Origin: Zancudomyces culisetae HAW-14-8
Lineage: Eukaryota > Fungi > Kickxellomycota
Direction of reading: 5' to 3'
Assembly: GCA_052426225.1 (NCBI GenBank)
Contig: JBNJNM010000022.1
Location: 248,001 to 312,000 of the forward strand
Length of the DNA: 64,000 bases
Shown here: positions 19,286 to 31,270 of the stretch, in pieces
How positions within the stretch are numbered: the stretch's first letter is position 1
How the letters are laid out: each line of letters opens with the position of its first letter
Translations under genes and position numbers: made by a program
Notes under the pieces: model-generated
Told to the model about the DNA's origin: nothing
Databases searched by the model: none
The model's input: only the letters and a program-made list of their open reading frames with translations

Positions 19286-22200
19286 ATGTTCATAGTCACA
19301 AGAAACGTACGCGTGACATTGTCAATATCATTATCTAAAAGCGTAAAGCAACTCGTTAATCCGGCAACCAAGAATGCAAAAAAGAGAATATGCGACGAGA
19401 TCGCACAAATATATGGATTTTCCACACTCGCAGTCAATGAAAGTACCAACAGGGTGCAGCAAGATCCAGTTGAGCAAAACACGGACATCGGGGCAACAAT
19501 AGATCACGACTGCACCGCCAATCCCAAACAACATGCGAAAATGCAGGAAGAAGGCGCGAGTTACAAAAATAAATCGCACAGAATAAAGTACAACGGATAT
19601 CTCCTAGCCCAGAGTTTGAAAAATATAAATGAAAATGAAACTACGGGTGCGGGTGAAGATAGTCTTGTTTTGGATCTTGAATCTGTGAAAGAATATTACA
19701 AAGGATACGAAAAGGTGTTGGATGTGATCGCCAAGATTCAGAATCTACAACCGACAATGATACCAACAAAGTTGAGTCGTACAAATAAGATTAATACGAT
19801 TGATTCGGATGAAATTATAGAGTTTTTAAAAGAATTGGATCTAAAGTCTGATAATAGTGTGAAATTCGAGAAACTACTAATTACATTAATCAAAGTATTG
19901 GTGGAAAAGATGGAATTAGTCGGAATAGAACGCAAGCGAATGGCAGTAGTAAATTCCACAAAACACGATACGAATGGTGATAAGATGTCTGACATTTTGG
20001 AATCGACAAAAGTCATTGTGGATATAGCCGAATACCTAGCGTATATGGTGATAAATAGTCAGTACAGATTCCGAATTGTTGATGGTTATAACTGGCTAAT
20101 AGGCTTACTAGTTGGGTTGGGTCACTTGGAATATGGGAGTATGGTTAAGGATACGATACGGTATGGGTGGGCACGAATTCATTTGATGACCAATATAAAG
20201 GCATATGAAAATCTGCTGGTTATTCCGTTAGTTAATCGAAAGTGGTCACAAGAAAAAGATACCAATCAATCTGCGGATAGTAGCATTTCCGAAAATGGAG
20301 TTGGGTTTGATAATTATGTAGATAGGAGTGCGAGTTATGAGATAAAATTGGAAAAGGTAATCGAGTATATAAAAATACCCACTGAAAATGACTATGATGG
20401 CAGTGGGTTTGGTGGTGGGTTTGAAGGTGGGTTTGGTGGTGATTTTAGTAGGTACTTTGGTGGTGAGAGTAATGACGCAAAAAGCTGGATTAGCAACTGG
20501 TTGGTTAATATTGCTAAGGAAGTATTAGATAGAAATGTTGCGATTACAAGCCTAACTTTAATAAAGCTGTTAAGGGCAGCTAAACATTACAGTGTCAAGG
20601 AGGTGGAATATATAGTCATGCAAGCTGATGAGAAAAAGCTAGGATTCAATCATGTGTATAACCGAGATGATTGCGTTGGTACCGATAATAATGATGGTTT
20701 ATGGCGTGGGGGTATGGACGAACCCAACGGTGATTCTTGGGATGGTAGTGAAGATATGCTTGCTTATTCGAATACATCTGTACATGAAAATGTAGGTATG
20801 AACATGAATGCTGTTGAGATTATGAGAAGAGTTTATTTAGGTAAACAGCGGGTATATCTATTTGTAAAGTATGGAATAGTTACAGGAATTAAACGTGAAA
20901 TAAAGAGAATTATTAGAGAAGCAAACGCCATATACACACAGACAAGCGTACATCCCACAACAGCTATCGATAGACATGTATGGATAAACTTGATAAACAG
21001 CATCGTAAAAGAATGCTGTAATGTGTATATAGATACCATGATGAAATGTGGTAGGGTCAGAAAGTCAATAACCGAACTGGAGTGGGTCAAGGAGGGATTG
21101 CAGGAAATGAGTATAATACCAATAGAGATCACAGGCGCGGTATATGCAAAGATGGTGGAAAAAATTCTAAACCAAGTAATCCAACGTTGTAATAGTAATA
21201 ATCACGGTAAATTGGCAGACACGAACATCAGCACTGGCAGTAGTGGAATGGGTGAAAACAAAGATGATAATAGACTCAAGCATGAGTTTAGAAACAATGA
21301 AAAGACCAATACCACGAAAATGCTGATGCATGGTAGCCAAGCCACGCCAGCCTCACTTCAACATTCTAGTGAAGCTATAAATAAGTTGGAGAGGAGGGGA
21401 AATTCTAGAAAGTTTTTTAGTCTTGGTGGTTATACGATAGAGCTGATAGACAGATTGATTATGGGCTATGCTCGTAAGGACAATATTTACACATTGGAAC
21501 AGGTATTATCCGGTGAGATCAATTCTGGTATTGGAAGTGATGGTATTTCGGAGACAGATAGAATCAGACTTGTGAAGCTTATGATTAATGGATTGGTTGC
21601 AGAGTACAAACAACATAAAATGTACTTGCAGTCCCAACTGTCAGCAATATCTGCAACATCCTCAGATTCTATGGAAATAGAAATGAGAATGGGAATGGGA
21701 ATTTCGTGGTTGGCTGGAAGTAATAATCATCAGCCACGAGTTGGAGAAAATAACAAACAAAAAAATGAGAACAGCAGTGACTCAGCGAGTCGAATGACTG
21801 TGGATAAGGAAGAGTATGCAGTTAGGGCATTCAAGATATATAAAGCCGTCAAAAACAATAGGCCAAATAACAAATATGATGAAGATGTAAATGTGGTGCC
21901 TGGGAATGTAGCTATTCAAGAGATTGAAGATGACATTCAGACAATATACAGCATTTTAGTTGCGTGTACGGCTGTATTTACAAAGGTTCCATTAACTTGT
22001 AGTACTCCAGGATCAGTGGATACTTGGAAAAAACGGATAAATGCGCAGCGATTGGAACAATGTGGCGAGTACAAATATGAAAATGATGCACTGACAACTA
22101 TTGAAATGTTACAAGCCAAACTCATGGCGATAAATTCGCGTCGTTCGCTATTTGCGACGTTTCTTGGTAGATCGCCAACTCGAGCTATGGACTTAAGTTC

Positions 22201-22447
22201 CGACAATGTTGAAGGAAATAAGAGTATTGAGAATAGGTTGGATCCAAAGAGAAAAGTTGGGGCAAAAGAAGAAAAGAAGATGCGACAAGAGATTATGGGA
22301 TGGTATATCAGAACGATGGAGCTTTTGTACAATTTGAATCGAAATATGGAGCATAGTGAGGAAGGTGGGGGTTGGGGTGGAGGTAGACGGTATGTGGCAG
22401 ACGAAATCCGCTACAAGATGCGAAACCAATTCGGAGTATATCTCTGA
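19286..22447 (+). CDS. Large hypothetical protein (1053 aa), possibly mitochondrial with degenerate PPR-like helices
   Basis: Long intronless ORF with a basic, hydroxylated N-terminus and a PPR-like segment TIELIDRLIMGYARKDNIYTLEQVL. Function is inference. Confidence 0.8.
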   Translation: MFIVTRNVRVTLSISLSKSVKQLVNPATKNAKKRICDEIAQIYGFSTLAVNESTNRVQQDPVEQNTDIGATIDHDCTANPKQHAKMQEEGASYKNKSHRIKYNGYLLAQSLKNINENETTGAGEDSLVLDLESVKEYYKGYEKVLDVIAKIQNLQPTMIPTKLSRTNKINTIDSDEIIEFLKELDLKSDNSVKFEKLLITLIKVLVEKMELVGIERKRMAVVNSTKHDTNGDKMSDILESTKVIVDIAEYLAYMVINSQYRFRIVDGYNWLIGLLVGLGHLEYGSMVKDTIRYGWARIHLMTNIKAYENLLVIPLVNRKWSQEKDTNQSADSSISENGVGFDNYVDRSASYEIKLEKVIEYIKIPTENDYDGSGFGGGFEGGFGGDFSRYFGGESNDAKSWISNWLVNIAKEVLDRNVAITSLTLIKLLRAAKHYSVKEVEYIVMQADEKKLGFNHVYNRDDCVGTDNNDGLWRGGMDEPNGDSWDGSEDMLAYSNTSVHENVGMNMNAVEIMRRVYLGKQRVYLFVKYGIVTGIKREIKRIIREANAIYTQTSVHPTTAIDRHVWINLINSIVKECCNVYIDTMMKCGRVRKSITELEWVKEGLQEMSIIPIEITGAVYAKMVEKILNQVIQRCNSNNHGKLADTNISTGSSGMGENKDDNRLKHEFRNNEKTNTTKMLMHGSQATPASLQHSSEAINKLERRGNSRKFFSLGGYTIELIDRLIMGYARKDNIYTLEQVLSGEINSGIGSDGISETDRIRLVKLMINGLVAEYKQHKMYLQSQLSAISATSSDSMEIEMRMGMGISWLAGSNNHQPRVGENNKQKNENSSDSASRMTVDKEEYAVRAFKIYKAVKNNRPNNKYDEDVNVVPGNVAIQEIEDDIQTIYSILVACTAVFTKVPLTCSTPGSVDTWKKRINAQRLEQCGEYKYENDALTTIEMLQAKLMAINSRRSLFATFLGRSPTRAMDLSSDNVEGNKSIENRLDPKRKVGAKEEKKMRQEIMGWYIRTMELLYNLNRNMEHSEEGGGWGGGRRYVADEIRYKMRNQFGVYL

Positions 22448-22634
22448 AAAGGCATTTAGCAAAATACCTTGACCTTTCATCTTCTCCTTTCTTTCCTTTC
22501 TTTTTATATGTTTTTGTTTATTTTATCATCTTTTATATTGCTTATAAAATGTAGAATTATAATTAGGGGTAATGAAAAGAATAAATATTATTTAATAGAA
22601 AAAACGAGAGTCTAAGTTAAGGTTAGGGAAATAA

Positions 22635-25600
22635 TTAAGAAAAAAAGTATTTGGAATCAAGAACCGAATTAATATCTAAAGTGCCAGTTGGAGGAAGAGG
22701 AGGAAGGTCGAATGGAATGTAAGAAATCTTGGATGTTAGCTTGATTTTATCAGCATTATGATCATAATCAAGACTATAGTCATGCTTTGATTTGGAAGTA
22801 AGATTAGAAGTATGGTTCTGAGAGACTTTGGTGGTATTTACAGGAATAAGATAATCCTTGTAGCGCAACATAAACTCATCGCGCAATTCAGTAAGGATAT
22901 TTTTTTGATGCAAAGCAACGAACTGCTCGCGCAAAATATTGTTCATCATGTCGATATCACATGCATGAGTCCAGTAACTATCATGAACAGAACTAAACAC
23001 AATCCCGTTGACTTTGCACTGGATCGCTGACAACAACATGTGTGAAGCATCCAGTGAGTGAACAAAATTGGGTGGGAAAGCTGTCTTTTGCTTCTGAGAA
23101 TTGACTGGGGATGGCAAATCTTCGTTGACCAATGAGACGTACTGTAGCGACGAAGAAATGGCTTTTGTGACTAGTTTGCGGTACGGTTGAACAATAATTA
23201 GGTTGAGAGGTGTTGTCCACGTTACAGAAGCAAGTGGCTGAGACGAAATCTGGTCAATTAAATGTTTTTTGCGCTGCTGAAGTGAGGTTTTAACTTTGCT
23301 TGAATCAATATCGGATAAATCCGGTCTAGTCGTGGATTTAGCTTTGGTTTTAGTTTCAGTTTCAGTTTCATCAGTAGATTTAGTATTATTATTAGCCTGA
23401 TCCACGGATTTAGTATTAGTTTCATCTGTGGATTCGGTTTTGGCTTTGACTTTGGTTTTGGTTTTGATTGTAGAATGGGCAAGGCGGAGCTGTTTAGCGC
23501 GTAGGCGGGCAAGTTCTTTGCGTAATTTGACTGATTCTGGAGGCAGCGAGCGAGCAATACGACTAGCAGCTTCGTTAAGCCAGTCCTGGATCTGACGAGC
23601 ACACTCAAAGATCTCACCCAAACTTTCAAAGACCCTGTGGGCCAAATAAGTAGCTAGTTTCAGCAGTTGGCCGCGGTCAGTAAACAGCGGAGCACCAGTC
23701 TGTGGATCAACAATCTCTTTAAGACGCGCCATAACCTGCTCCCTGGCGCCGTACATCGACACTCCATAGACGTTTGTCATGACAGTCTGCTTGATGACCT
23801 TGCGCTTAAGTTTTCCGACAAGCAGTTGGGCCATTTCATGGCCATTGGCAGCATCGCGGCGTACAGATACCTCTACAACATCGAGCACGGCGGAGTAAAC
23901 ATCCATCGGATGGTCGCCAGGCACAAGATTGACTTGTCGACCGCCTTCAAAGTCACGGCCCAATGCAGCATAGTGCTGTAGTCCATTGCATGTGCCATCT
24001 TGATGCACGTGCAGATGACTGACAAAGTTTTCGGGATCGCCACTATCGACTGCATCAACTAACTCGATACAAGCGGCCAGTGTTTGCCACGGATCCTCAC
24101 TGGCCAACCACCAGCGGTTGCCGTCGAGTGGATGCAGTGCACTATCGCGGATATTGTCCCAGTTGTCGTCACAAAACTTGACGCGATCAGTGTGTGAAAA
24201 CTTGTCGAAGCCGTACGTGTTGGCCAGATGTACCTTGAGCCAAAACATACCGCGTGCGCCCAGTTTTTTGCCATCATAAAATGTAATCAGCCCACGGCAC
24301 AAGTCATTACCCATCTGGTTGAAAAAGGGCGGCAGCGGGTATGCTCGTCCACGAAAATCAAAGTTGTGTGGGAAGTACATCGGGCGGTCTAAAAATGCCT
24401 GTGCAATCTCCACCTTGTAATTCACATCACACCGCAAGCTATGGTTGTTGGCTTTTTTGCGTCGGTAGTCGGTCACTGCCTGTCGATACTGAGCGTCCAA
24501 TCTTTGCTGCTCTGTTGTTTTTTGTTCCTCGCTGAGCGTTGCAAACTTCTCTGCTGGTATTACGTCCACCGCAAACTTCCGTTGCGGCTCAGACTCAGTT
24601 AGTTCCAACGGCGGAATGTCTGCCAGCGATTTGCCGCTGTTCCACACGTCACGTACAACTGTAAATACTCGTTTGTTGATCGCCCACTTAGTTAGTCCCA
24701 ATACATCTAACCCCGCAAGTACAGTACCCAGTTTTCCCTGCTCCGACAAGTGTTTAATGTATTTTTGGTGCTCAACGTTATTGTGGATACGCATACACAG
24801 CGAACTGAAGCTCAAATACCCGCCAATATTGTAACTCAACCACGGCTTGGGTGGTACAATCATTGGCAAATGCCGTGCGCTGAGTATTCGTGTATATGAT
24901 GACCGTGCCATAATCGATGTAAGCTCGAGATGCATTTTGATAATACCGTGTCGATATCCATTGCTCAGCCAAAATGAATGCTCGAATGCTGGAACTTTTT
25001 TACGTTCTGTCTGGCCCGTCTCTTCATTCAACTCTGTTACCTCAATCTTTGCTACTTTCAACAATATACCTACCAACATTGCACCTAGCTTTACCGTTGT
25101 AGCCCGTGGCCATTCTCCCACCCAATCTGACTTTGCTAGGCCTGCCTCCACTTTACTCTGTGCCTTGCGCACTGCCATGTTAAACAACTTTCCACTAACA
25201 CTCAACCCCTGTAGATCAAGCCCCCGTTGCAGCAAATGGCTATTCTTTTTTTTCTGTAGCTCCATCATGTGATACTGTGTTCGTAATGCTGTTCCCAATG
25301 TCATAATAACTCGAGTCATTTTGGCTGATCCATCCGGAATCATGTTATCCCGAACATTTGACCGCGCCATCACCATTCTAAACGTCTCCATGATTGTAAT
25401 GTTCGCTATCTGCTCCGGTGGCAACAATCGCAAGAATGGCGCATACACTGCCCGTTCCCGATCCTCTGGTGTAAGCATCAACCCCTCATCTTTACACAAT
25501 GCTAACTCTGCCTCGATTTGCTCAACAACTTGTGGAATCCACTCTGAGACATATTTTTGAATTGCCGGTCTGCGTTTCTGCAATTCACCATCACGGTAAC

Positions 25601-26756
25601 TCGATGTTTCTACCTCGTATCGATGTGCCGATGCTTCGTTAGCTTCATGCTCCAGCCGCAGCTGCTTCTCGTAGTCTGTCAGCTCACCCTCTTCCAGTGG
25701 GTTTAGCATTCTCTTCAACATTTTGATTCCTAGTGTGTCGGATTCTGCGTCCTTTAACAGACCATCTTTATTATGCGTCGCAGTGTCATTCTGCTTTTCA
25801 TTCATATTCCCAATATTCATCCTCTCTTGTTCCTTTCTCACACTCTGTTCTGCCTCCTTTAGCTCCTGCAGTTCATTTGTGTTATTTGATCCTTGGTCCA
25901 AGAATGTTTCCAATGCAATATCATTTAACACACCCATTCGGTTTTTAAATTTCCCGGAAGTTATGCTCTCCAATCTATCAAATTCTTCGTCACTCAAATA
26001 AGGACTAAGTACAAGTTGCTCAACTTTGTTTCCTTGCTTTTCAAATTCTTCTACTAACAACTTTACTACATTGTCCAGTCTGCTTCTCATATACCCTTTA
26101 ATCAACAGTGCAAATGTGTTGTAATTCGGCGTGATTCCATACTCTTTTTGCATCTTTCCATACCAACCCAGTGCCTCGCGCTCCCGACTTGGCTCAGCTT
26201 CCAAAAGCCCCTTTATCAAAACGTTATGCACATTGACGTCCAGCATTTGCCGCACCTTTTCTGGATGCAAATTATACATTCCCACCACCATCCGCCTAGC
26301 TCTGTCCACATTACCTCCCGCCAAACATGCTTTCATCACGCTTATTTGCTCAACTATGGCATTCTCTATCTCTAAATCTAGTACCATGCTTTCAGTTATC
26401 CCATAGTTGCTCAAATTTATTATTTCACGCTCTTGCATAAGACTGTTTTCCGCTGCCTGTGGTTGTTTGTCGCCGAACCTGCTGTTGTGCAGATTTCTTT
26501 TGCCTAATACATTATTATTCTCTCTAAGCTGTTGTTTTTGTTCTATCAAAGTATTATTACATGTTGCCAGACCTGTTAATCCCCTTGTCCATACCCCCCC
26601 TCCTGTTCCCACCCCCGTTCCTTGTATTTCTGGATTAGTGGCTAAAATTCTATTCGCATTTCTTATATTTCTATTTCCTTGGAGTAATAGCTGTAATCGC
26701 CTGTTACTTGCTCTAATTATTCCAAACTTGTTACCAGCCCTGCTGCTGCTGAACAT
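22635..26756 (-). CDS. RPO41: Mitochondrial T7-like DNA-directed RNA polymerase
   Basis: Motifs DFRGRAYP, HQDGTCNGLQHY, RKVIKQTVMTNVYG, FPPNFVHSLDASH, VHDSYWTH and C-terminal YFFS. N-terminal PPR-like repeats. First ATG at 26756 (the ORF track starts at an upstream TTG). Confidence 0.97.
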   Translation of the reverse strand: MFSSSRAGNKFGIIRASNRRLQLLLQGNRNIRNANRILATNPEIQGTGVGTGGGVWTRGLTGLATCNNTLIEQKQQLRENNNVLGKRNLHNSRFGDKQPQAAENSLMQEREIINLSNYGITESMVLDLEIENAIVEQISVMKACLAGGNVDRARRMVVGMYNLHPEKVRQMLDVNVHNVLIKGLLEAEPSREREALGWYGKMQKEYGITPNYNTFALLIKGYMRSRLDNVVKLLVEEFEKQGNKVEQLVLSPYLSDEEFDRLESITSGKFKNRMGVLNDIALETFLDQGSNNTNELQELKEAEQSVRKEQERMNIGNMNEKQNDTATHNKDGLLKDAESDTLGIKMLKRMLNPLEEGELTDYEKQLRLEHEANEASAHRYEVETSSYRDGELQKRRPAIQKYVSEWIPQVVEQIEAELALCKDEGLMLTPEDRERAVYAPFLRLLPPEQIANITIMETFRMVMARSNVRDNMIPDGSAKMTRVIMTLGTALRTQYHMMELQKKKNSHLLQRGLDLQGLSVSGKLFNMAVRKAQSKVEAGLAKSDWVGEWPRATTVKLGAMLVGILLKVAKIEVTELNEETGQTERKKVPAFEHSFWLSNGYRHGIIKMHLELTSIMARSSYTRILSARHLPMIVPPKPWLSYNIGGYLSFSSLCMRIHNNVEHQKYIKHLSEQGKLGTVLAGLDVLGLTKWAINKRVFTVVRDVWNSGKSLADIPPLELTESEPQRKFAVDVIPAEKFATLSEEQKTTEQQRLDAQYRQAVTDYRRKKANNHSLRCDVNYKVEIAQAFLDRPMYFPHNFDFRGRAYPLPPFFNQMGNDLCRGLITFYDGKKLGARGMFWLKVHLANTYGFDKFSHTDRVKFCDDNWDNIRDSALHPLDGNRWWLASEDPWQTLAACIELVDAVDSGDPENFVSHLHVHQDGTCNGLQHYAALGRDFEGGRQVNLVPGDHPMDVYSAVLDVVEVSVRRDAANGHEMAQLLVGKLKRKVIKQTVMTNVYGVSMYGAREQVMARLKEIVDPQTGAPLFTDRGQLLKLATYLAHRVFESLGEIFECARQIQDWLNEAASRIARSLPPESVKLRKELARLRAKQLRLAHSTIKTKTKVKAKTESTDETNTKSVDQANNNTKSTDETETETKTKAKSTTRPDLSDIDSSKVKTSLQQRKKHLIDQISSQPLASVTWTTPLNLIIVQPYRKLVTKAISSSLQYVSLVNEDLPSPVNSQKQKTAFPPNFVHSLDASHMLLSAIQCKVNGIVFSSVHDSYWTHACDIDMMNNILREQFVALHQKNILTELRDEFMLRYKDYLIPVNTTKVSQNHTSNLTSKSKHDYSLDYDHNADKIKLTSKISYIPFDLPPLPPTGTLDINSVLDSKYFFS

Positions 26757-27873
26757 TTCGTGTTTAGCACTAGTGTACCTTTTGGTTATCAAGCTGTGTA
26801 TTTCTCAAATCGTACCCCCACAAAAGATTAACTTTACAAATCCTAGGATTTATTTTTCACTATTGCTCTTAGTGTGCTATTTAATAACTATACTTGACGC
26901 TCTATAGCAAGGTAGTTACTTTGCTTTTTTTTTGCAATAGTTAATAATAGATAAGGTTAGTGTTACTCTTTGTATATTTCAATATGATTTTATTTTTATT
27001 TTTTATGCTTTCGATTTAGCTTTGATTTGTCTAGTTGCTCTTTATTTTTTTTTTCTTTGCATCTTTTGGTAATTGCTTGGTCATGCTATTTTTTTGATTA
27101 CAAATGCTCCTATAAAATCAATTACCTTTACTCGAAAAAAAAAAAAAATTTTTTTTCAGCTTAGTTTGTTGTAATTTTTTCTTGCCTAGAAATAAAATAC
27201 CTGTAAACAATCCGGAGCATACTATCCTCCAGCCAATTATCCGCGATAAAATTTTTTTTTGTAGCTTACGTTTTCAGCACACATAATCCCCATATAGCCA
27301 AAACATTTTCCCCCCCATTTTGCTAAGTTTGTTTATCAGAGCAATGTGGAGAAAACTATCAATTTTTGCTATCCAATTTTGCCTAAGTTTTGCTTTTGGA
27401 CATTGCAATAACATTTAGTTTACAATTTTCATATACTATTAAACCAAACCACCCGCCAAAAAGTCTGCCCAAGCTATCTTTTTTATCCAACAACATGGAG
27501 TACAAATATTCATCACACTCTCTAAACTGCAATACTAACATACCTGGAATTGGTACAAACCTAGGTATACCCATCCCCAATTAACATCACAGTTCTATCT
27601 CTCTTTCTCGTTTACACACTAATCAGTTGGTCTATACCACAACCAACTTTTTCTTTCATACTAATTATGTTTACCATTACACCCGCCTTTAACAAATTCA
27701 CATCAAGCATAGTTGGTTTTATTTTTGATTTGACTTCTCTCTTATTTCCCAATGTTTATTTTTTCCAATGTTTATTTTTTTTTCTTTGATCAAGTAACAA
27801 AGCTCTTTAATACAAAAAACCTATACTTCGAGAGATAATAACAATAGAAATAAGAACAAACGACAGTCACAAA

Positions 27874-28245
27874 ATGGACGATATTCTAGACTTGGTTTCT
27901 GAGCACTGTGCAAATGAACTTAATGCATATAGTGATTGTGTTGGCCAAAACCCTTCAGATTGGGGATCCAAATGCAAAGAACTTGAAACCAAACTAACTG
28001 TTTGCTCTGAAAAATTGTAAATTACTGTACTATTTTATACTCATTAATATAACCATGAATATATTAACAAACTCGTTACCCTCTTCTTCTGTAGCGTAAA
28101 AGACTTGCAGACGGTTAAAACAAAATGTTCTACTGCTATTCTCGACTACGAAGGTTGTATTTTCATGAACCAATCCAATCCTGAATCGTGTATTGATCAG
28201 CTGAAAAAGCTATATGACTGTACAAACTCTGTCTTTGGGGACTAG
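27874..28245 (+). CDS. MIX14: Twin CX9C mitochondrial intermembrane-space protein (Mix14/Mic14/CHCHD5-like), 2 exons
   Basis: Exons 27874-28016 and 28095-28245 with a GT-AG intron. 97 aa with two twin-CX9C motifs (HCANELNAYSDC...KCKELETKLTVC; KCSTAILDYEGC...SCIDQLKKLYDC). Confidence 0.85.
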
Positions 28246-28711
28246 GACAATTCCCTACTCTTGGCAGTATATATCAAATCTTTAACCTTACAGTTTCTTT
28301 GGCTGCTTGTTTATATCCAAAACTTTTTTTCGGTAGAAACTTGTAAAACATCATAGATATTTACACTAAAATACTTCAATACCAGTGTTTCCGCTTTATT
28401 TAGCCATATATCAATGTAAAGGACTAACTCTCTCCATCATTTGTACATAACTGCTTGTTTTAAACGCCCTATTTTTACTATACGAAAGAAATATAGCCAG
28501 TTCCTATGTATTTGTTAGTTCTATTAACACCATTCAATCAGAAATAACGCAATTGACACAATAACACCAATGTGGTGGTAATCTAATACAGATGAAACAC
28601 TATAAATTTTGATATGAACTTCAGCATGAAATTTCCCCCTTCAATTTTCTTGAGACCCATTTTTCTAATCCTGTTCATTGCAATATTTTTCTCAACACTA
28701 GATATAGTAAC

Positions 28712-29334
28712 ATGAGTAAAGCACACTTGGTATTCTTTCAATCTAAACTGTTTGCAGTGGCTGGAGCAAGTGCTGATGTATCCAAGTACGGCTACAAGGT
28801 TCTGGCTTGGTACAAGAATCGCCAATTACCTGCAATTCCGATCAACCCTGTAAGCGCCACTTTTTTTTCTCATATTTTATTGAAATTTGTCCTTAAATGA
28901 AACGATGTTTTTTATGCATAAAGTATACCAAATACGTTTGAGATGCTTATTTTTATTAATGTGTTGATATCATTACCACAATACATTTTATTTTCCAGAA
29001 AACCCCAGCGATTCTTGATATACCATGTATCCCCTCTGTCCTCGAGCTAACCAATCCTGAAAGCATATCCAACTCTTTATCAGCAATTCACCCGGATCTG
29101 AAAACCCCTAGTGCTTCGGAAATTGGTATTTCGATTGTAACACCGCCAAAGGTTACAGAATCAATTGTACATCAAGCAGCAAATATTGGTATCAAAAACT
29201 TTTGGCTACAGCCTGGAAGTGAGCCAGAAAACTGGGAAAATCTTGCTAAAGAGCTTGGAGTCAATATAATTGGAGGGGGTGATTGCGTTCTAGTTATGGG
29301 CGACGAATTATTACATAGTATTAGCAAGCTGTGA
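28712..29334 (+). CDS. CoA-binding domain protein (YccU-like), 2 exons
   Basis: Exons 28712-28849 and 28999-29334. Motifs FAVAGASADVSKYGYKV, PINP, ISIVTPP, WLQPGSE, DCVLV. Confidence 0.9.
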
Positions 29335-29592
29335 TGGGTACATAGGCTTTTATATTTATACTTATATTCATTTTGAACCATATCGTTTCTCCTTTTAAGA
29401 TGTTCCTTCTTTTAAAAAAAAAGAATCAAATGTTGCTGTATAATTCTTTTTTTTTTACTGTATACGTATTGTGGTTTATAGCTACAATTTGTAGGAAATA
29501 TACTAACCACTATAAAAAAAGACTATATGAACTTCTATGCTATTAACTTTGAGGTATACATATCATTTTCATCAGCCTCCACTCCAAATAAC

Positions 29593-30150
29593 TTATTTAA
29601 CATACTTGATAATTTTTGCTGGATTTCCACCAACAATGGCGTTATCAGGTACATCTTTGGTCACGACAGAACCAGCCCCGACTATCACATTATCACCAAG
29701 CGTGACCCCTGGAAGGATAATGGCACCACCACCAATCCATACACTGTTACCTATCCTTACAGGTTTTGCGAATTCCGCGCCAGAGTTGCGGGTTTCTGGG
29801 TCTAACGGATGGGATGCCGTGTAGATTTGTACTGCAGGTCCAAACATCACGTTATCACCTATATCGACGCGGGCGCAGTCCAGTATAACCACGTTGGCGT
29901 TGGCATAGAACCTCTTACCCACATGGGTGTTTATTCCATAGTCAAAGTACACATTTCTTTCTATATATGTGTCATCGTGGGCAGTACCTAGTAGCTTTTT
30001 TGTAGCCTCAATCCGTGTTTTTTCATCGTCATAGGAGCGCTGGAGTTCGGCAATATGGTCCTTGGCTAGCTTCCGTGCCTTAAGAATATAAGGATCAAAG
30101 GCATCGTAGTACTCACCTCCCAGCATTTTGTTCCATTCTGTCATTTCCAT
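29593..30150 (-). CDS. Maltose/galactoside O-acetyltransferase (LbH MAT/GAT family)
   Basis: KMLGGEYY N-domain, [12 protein letters not shown], hexapeptide repeats [12 protein letters not shown]...[11 protein letters not shown]...GNPAK. Intronless. Confidence 0.95.
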   Translation of the reverse strand: MEMTEWNKMLGGEYYDAFDPYILKARKLAKDHIAELQRSYDDEKTRIEATKKLLGTAHDDTYIERNVYFDYGINTHVGKRFYANANVVILDCARVDIGDNVMFGPAVQIYTASHPLDPETRNSGAEFAKPVRIGNSVWIGGGAIILPGVTLGDNVIVGAGSVVTKDVPDNAIVGGNPAKIIKYVK

Positions 30151-30670
30151 CTTATCTATCTTGAACGCACCTTTCCTGTGGGTATGCCTATTTGAATCAA
30201 AATTAAAATTCCAAGTCTCGCTAATGTCAAGATTCTAGCTTTCCAGTTTTTGTGTCGCCTTACCACCGCTTTTATAGTTATTGCCTTGGTTATAGAGAAA
30301 CAAGTTATTCTATTATGTAAGAGAAAATCTGTGGCTGCACGTGAATGTGCTGGAGGACAAAACAATAGAAACGGATAGTTAGCCTGGTTGATGGCCATGA
30401 CTCAAGCAATTGACATTTTGAAGATTTTTATTTGTTTACATTTGCTGAGTAACAATTGCGAAAAAGTGACTTAAGACGTTGGTTGGAGGTATTGAAAATT
30501 CTGATGATTTGCCGCTTTTTTTTTTGTAATTTTTTCGTGATATTTCGTATTTTATTTTATATTTTGTTTATTTTACTTGTTCGTTGTGTAGTATATTCAA
30601 ACTTCATTATCAAGATAATCACTATAAACTCAGCGATAAACCCGGTGCACATAATTTGGACTGATTAACA

Positions 30671-31270
30671 ATGAGTAGCATAAAATTTTGTCCTGAATGG
30701 TAACTTGACTCTTCTTTGCTCCCCTAAAATAGGAAGACTGGACTATAAATCATTTCCATTCAAAAACGGAATTTATATATAAACATGCGTACCTACCGTA
30801 AAATAGTAGCAACATGTTATATCCAAGAGAAGATCGGTTAAACAAAAGCATGGTATTTGCCTGTCGAAACTGCGATTACCAAGAAAAAGCTACAACCAAC
30901 AGAGTCTATCGCCATGTAGTGTCCTATGTCCCAAGGTAAAGCATCTACAACTTTTCCATGTTCAACTATTACTTTTGCCTAAGCCTTATCACATTTGCTG
31001 TCCCTTTACTTTTTTATTTTTTATTTATTTTATCCCGAACCAAACAATGAAATCTAATTACTGATAAAACCAATTATTAGCGAACAAAACACGATAAATG
31101 CTGATATTCTGTCAGATAGTACTCTACCAAGAACCAACACTTTGCCTTGCCCTAAATGTGGATATGAGGAAGTTTTGTATTTCCAATCGCAATCTTTAAA
31201 TCCGGAAGCAAAAATGACTTTGTACTATGTTTGTTGTAATAGTAATTGTATGTATAAATGGACTTCATAG
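30671..31270 (+). CDS. RPB9: RNA polymerase II subunit RPB9, 3 exons
   Basis: Exons 30671-30699, 30807-30935, 31081-31270. FCPECSNMLYPRED...FACRNCDY...DSTLPRT...CPKC...YFQSQ...MTLYYVC. Confidence 0.95.

Noticed and set aside
23230-23560. K/T-rich insertion in RPO41
   Set aside because: Fungal mitochondrial RNA polymerases are known to carry a variable insertion in this region.
22635-26792. T7-like polymerase as a phage or plasmid gene
   Set aside because: Presequence, PPR-like N-terminus and housekeeping context indicate the normal nuclear-encoded mitochondrial enzyme.
30804-30809. NAGNAG acceptor in RPB9 intron 1
   Set aside because: A common feature. The conserved CxNMLYP spacing requires the proximal AG.
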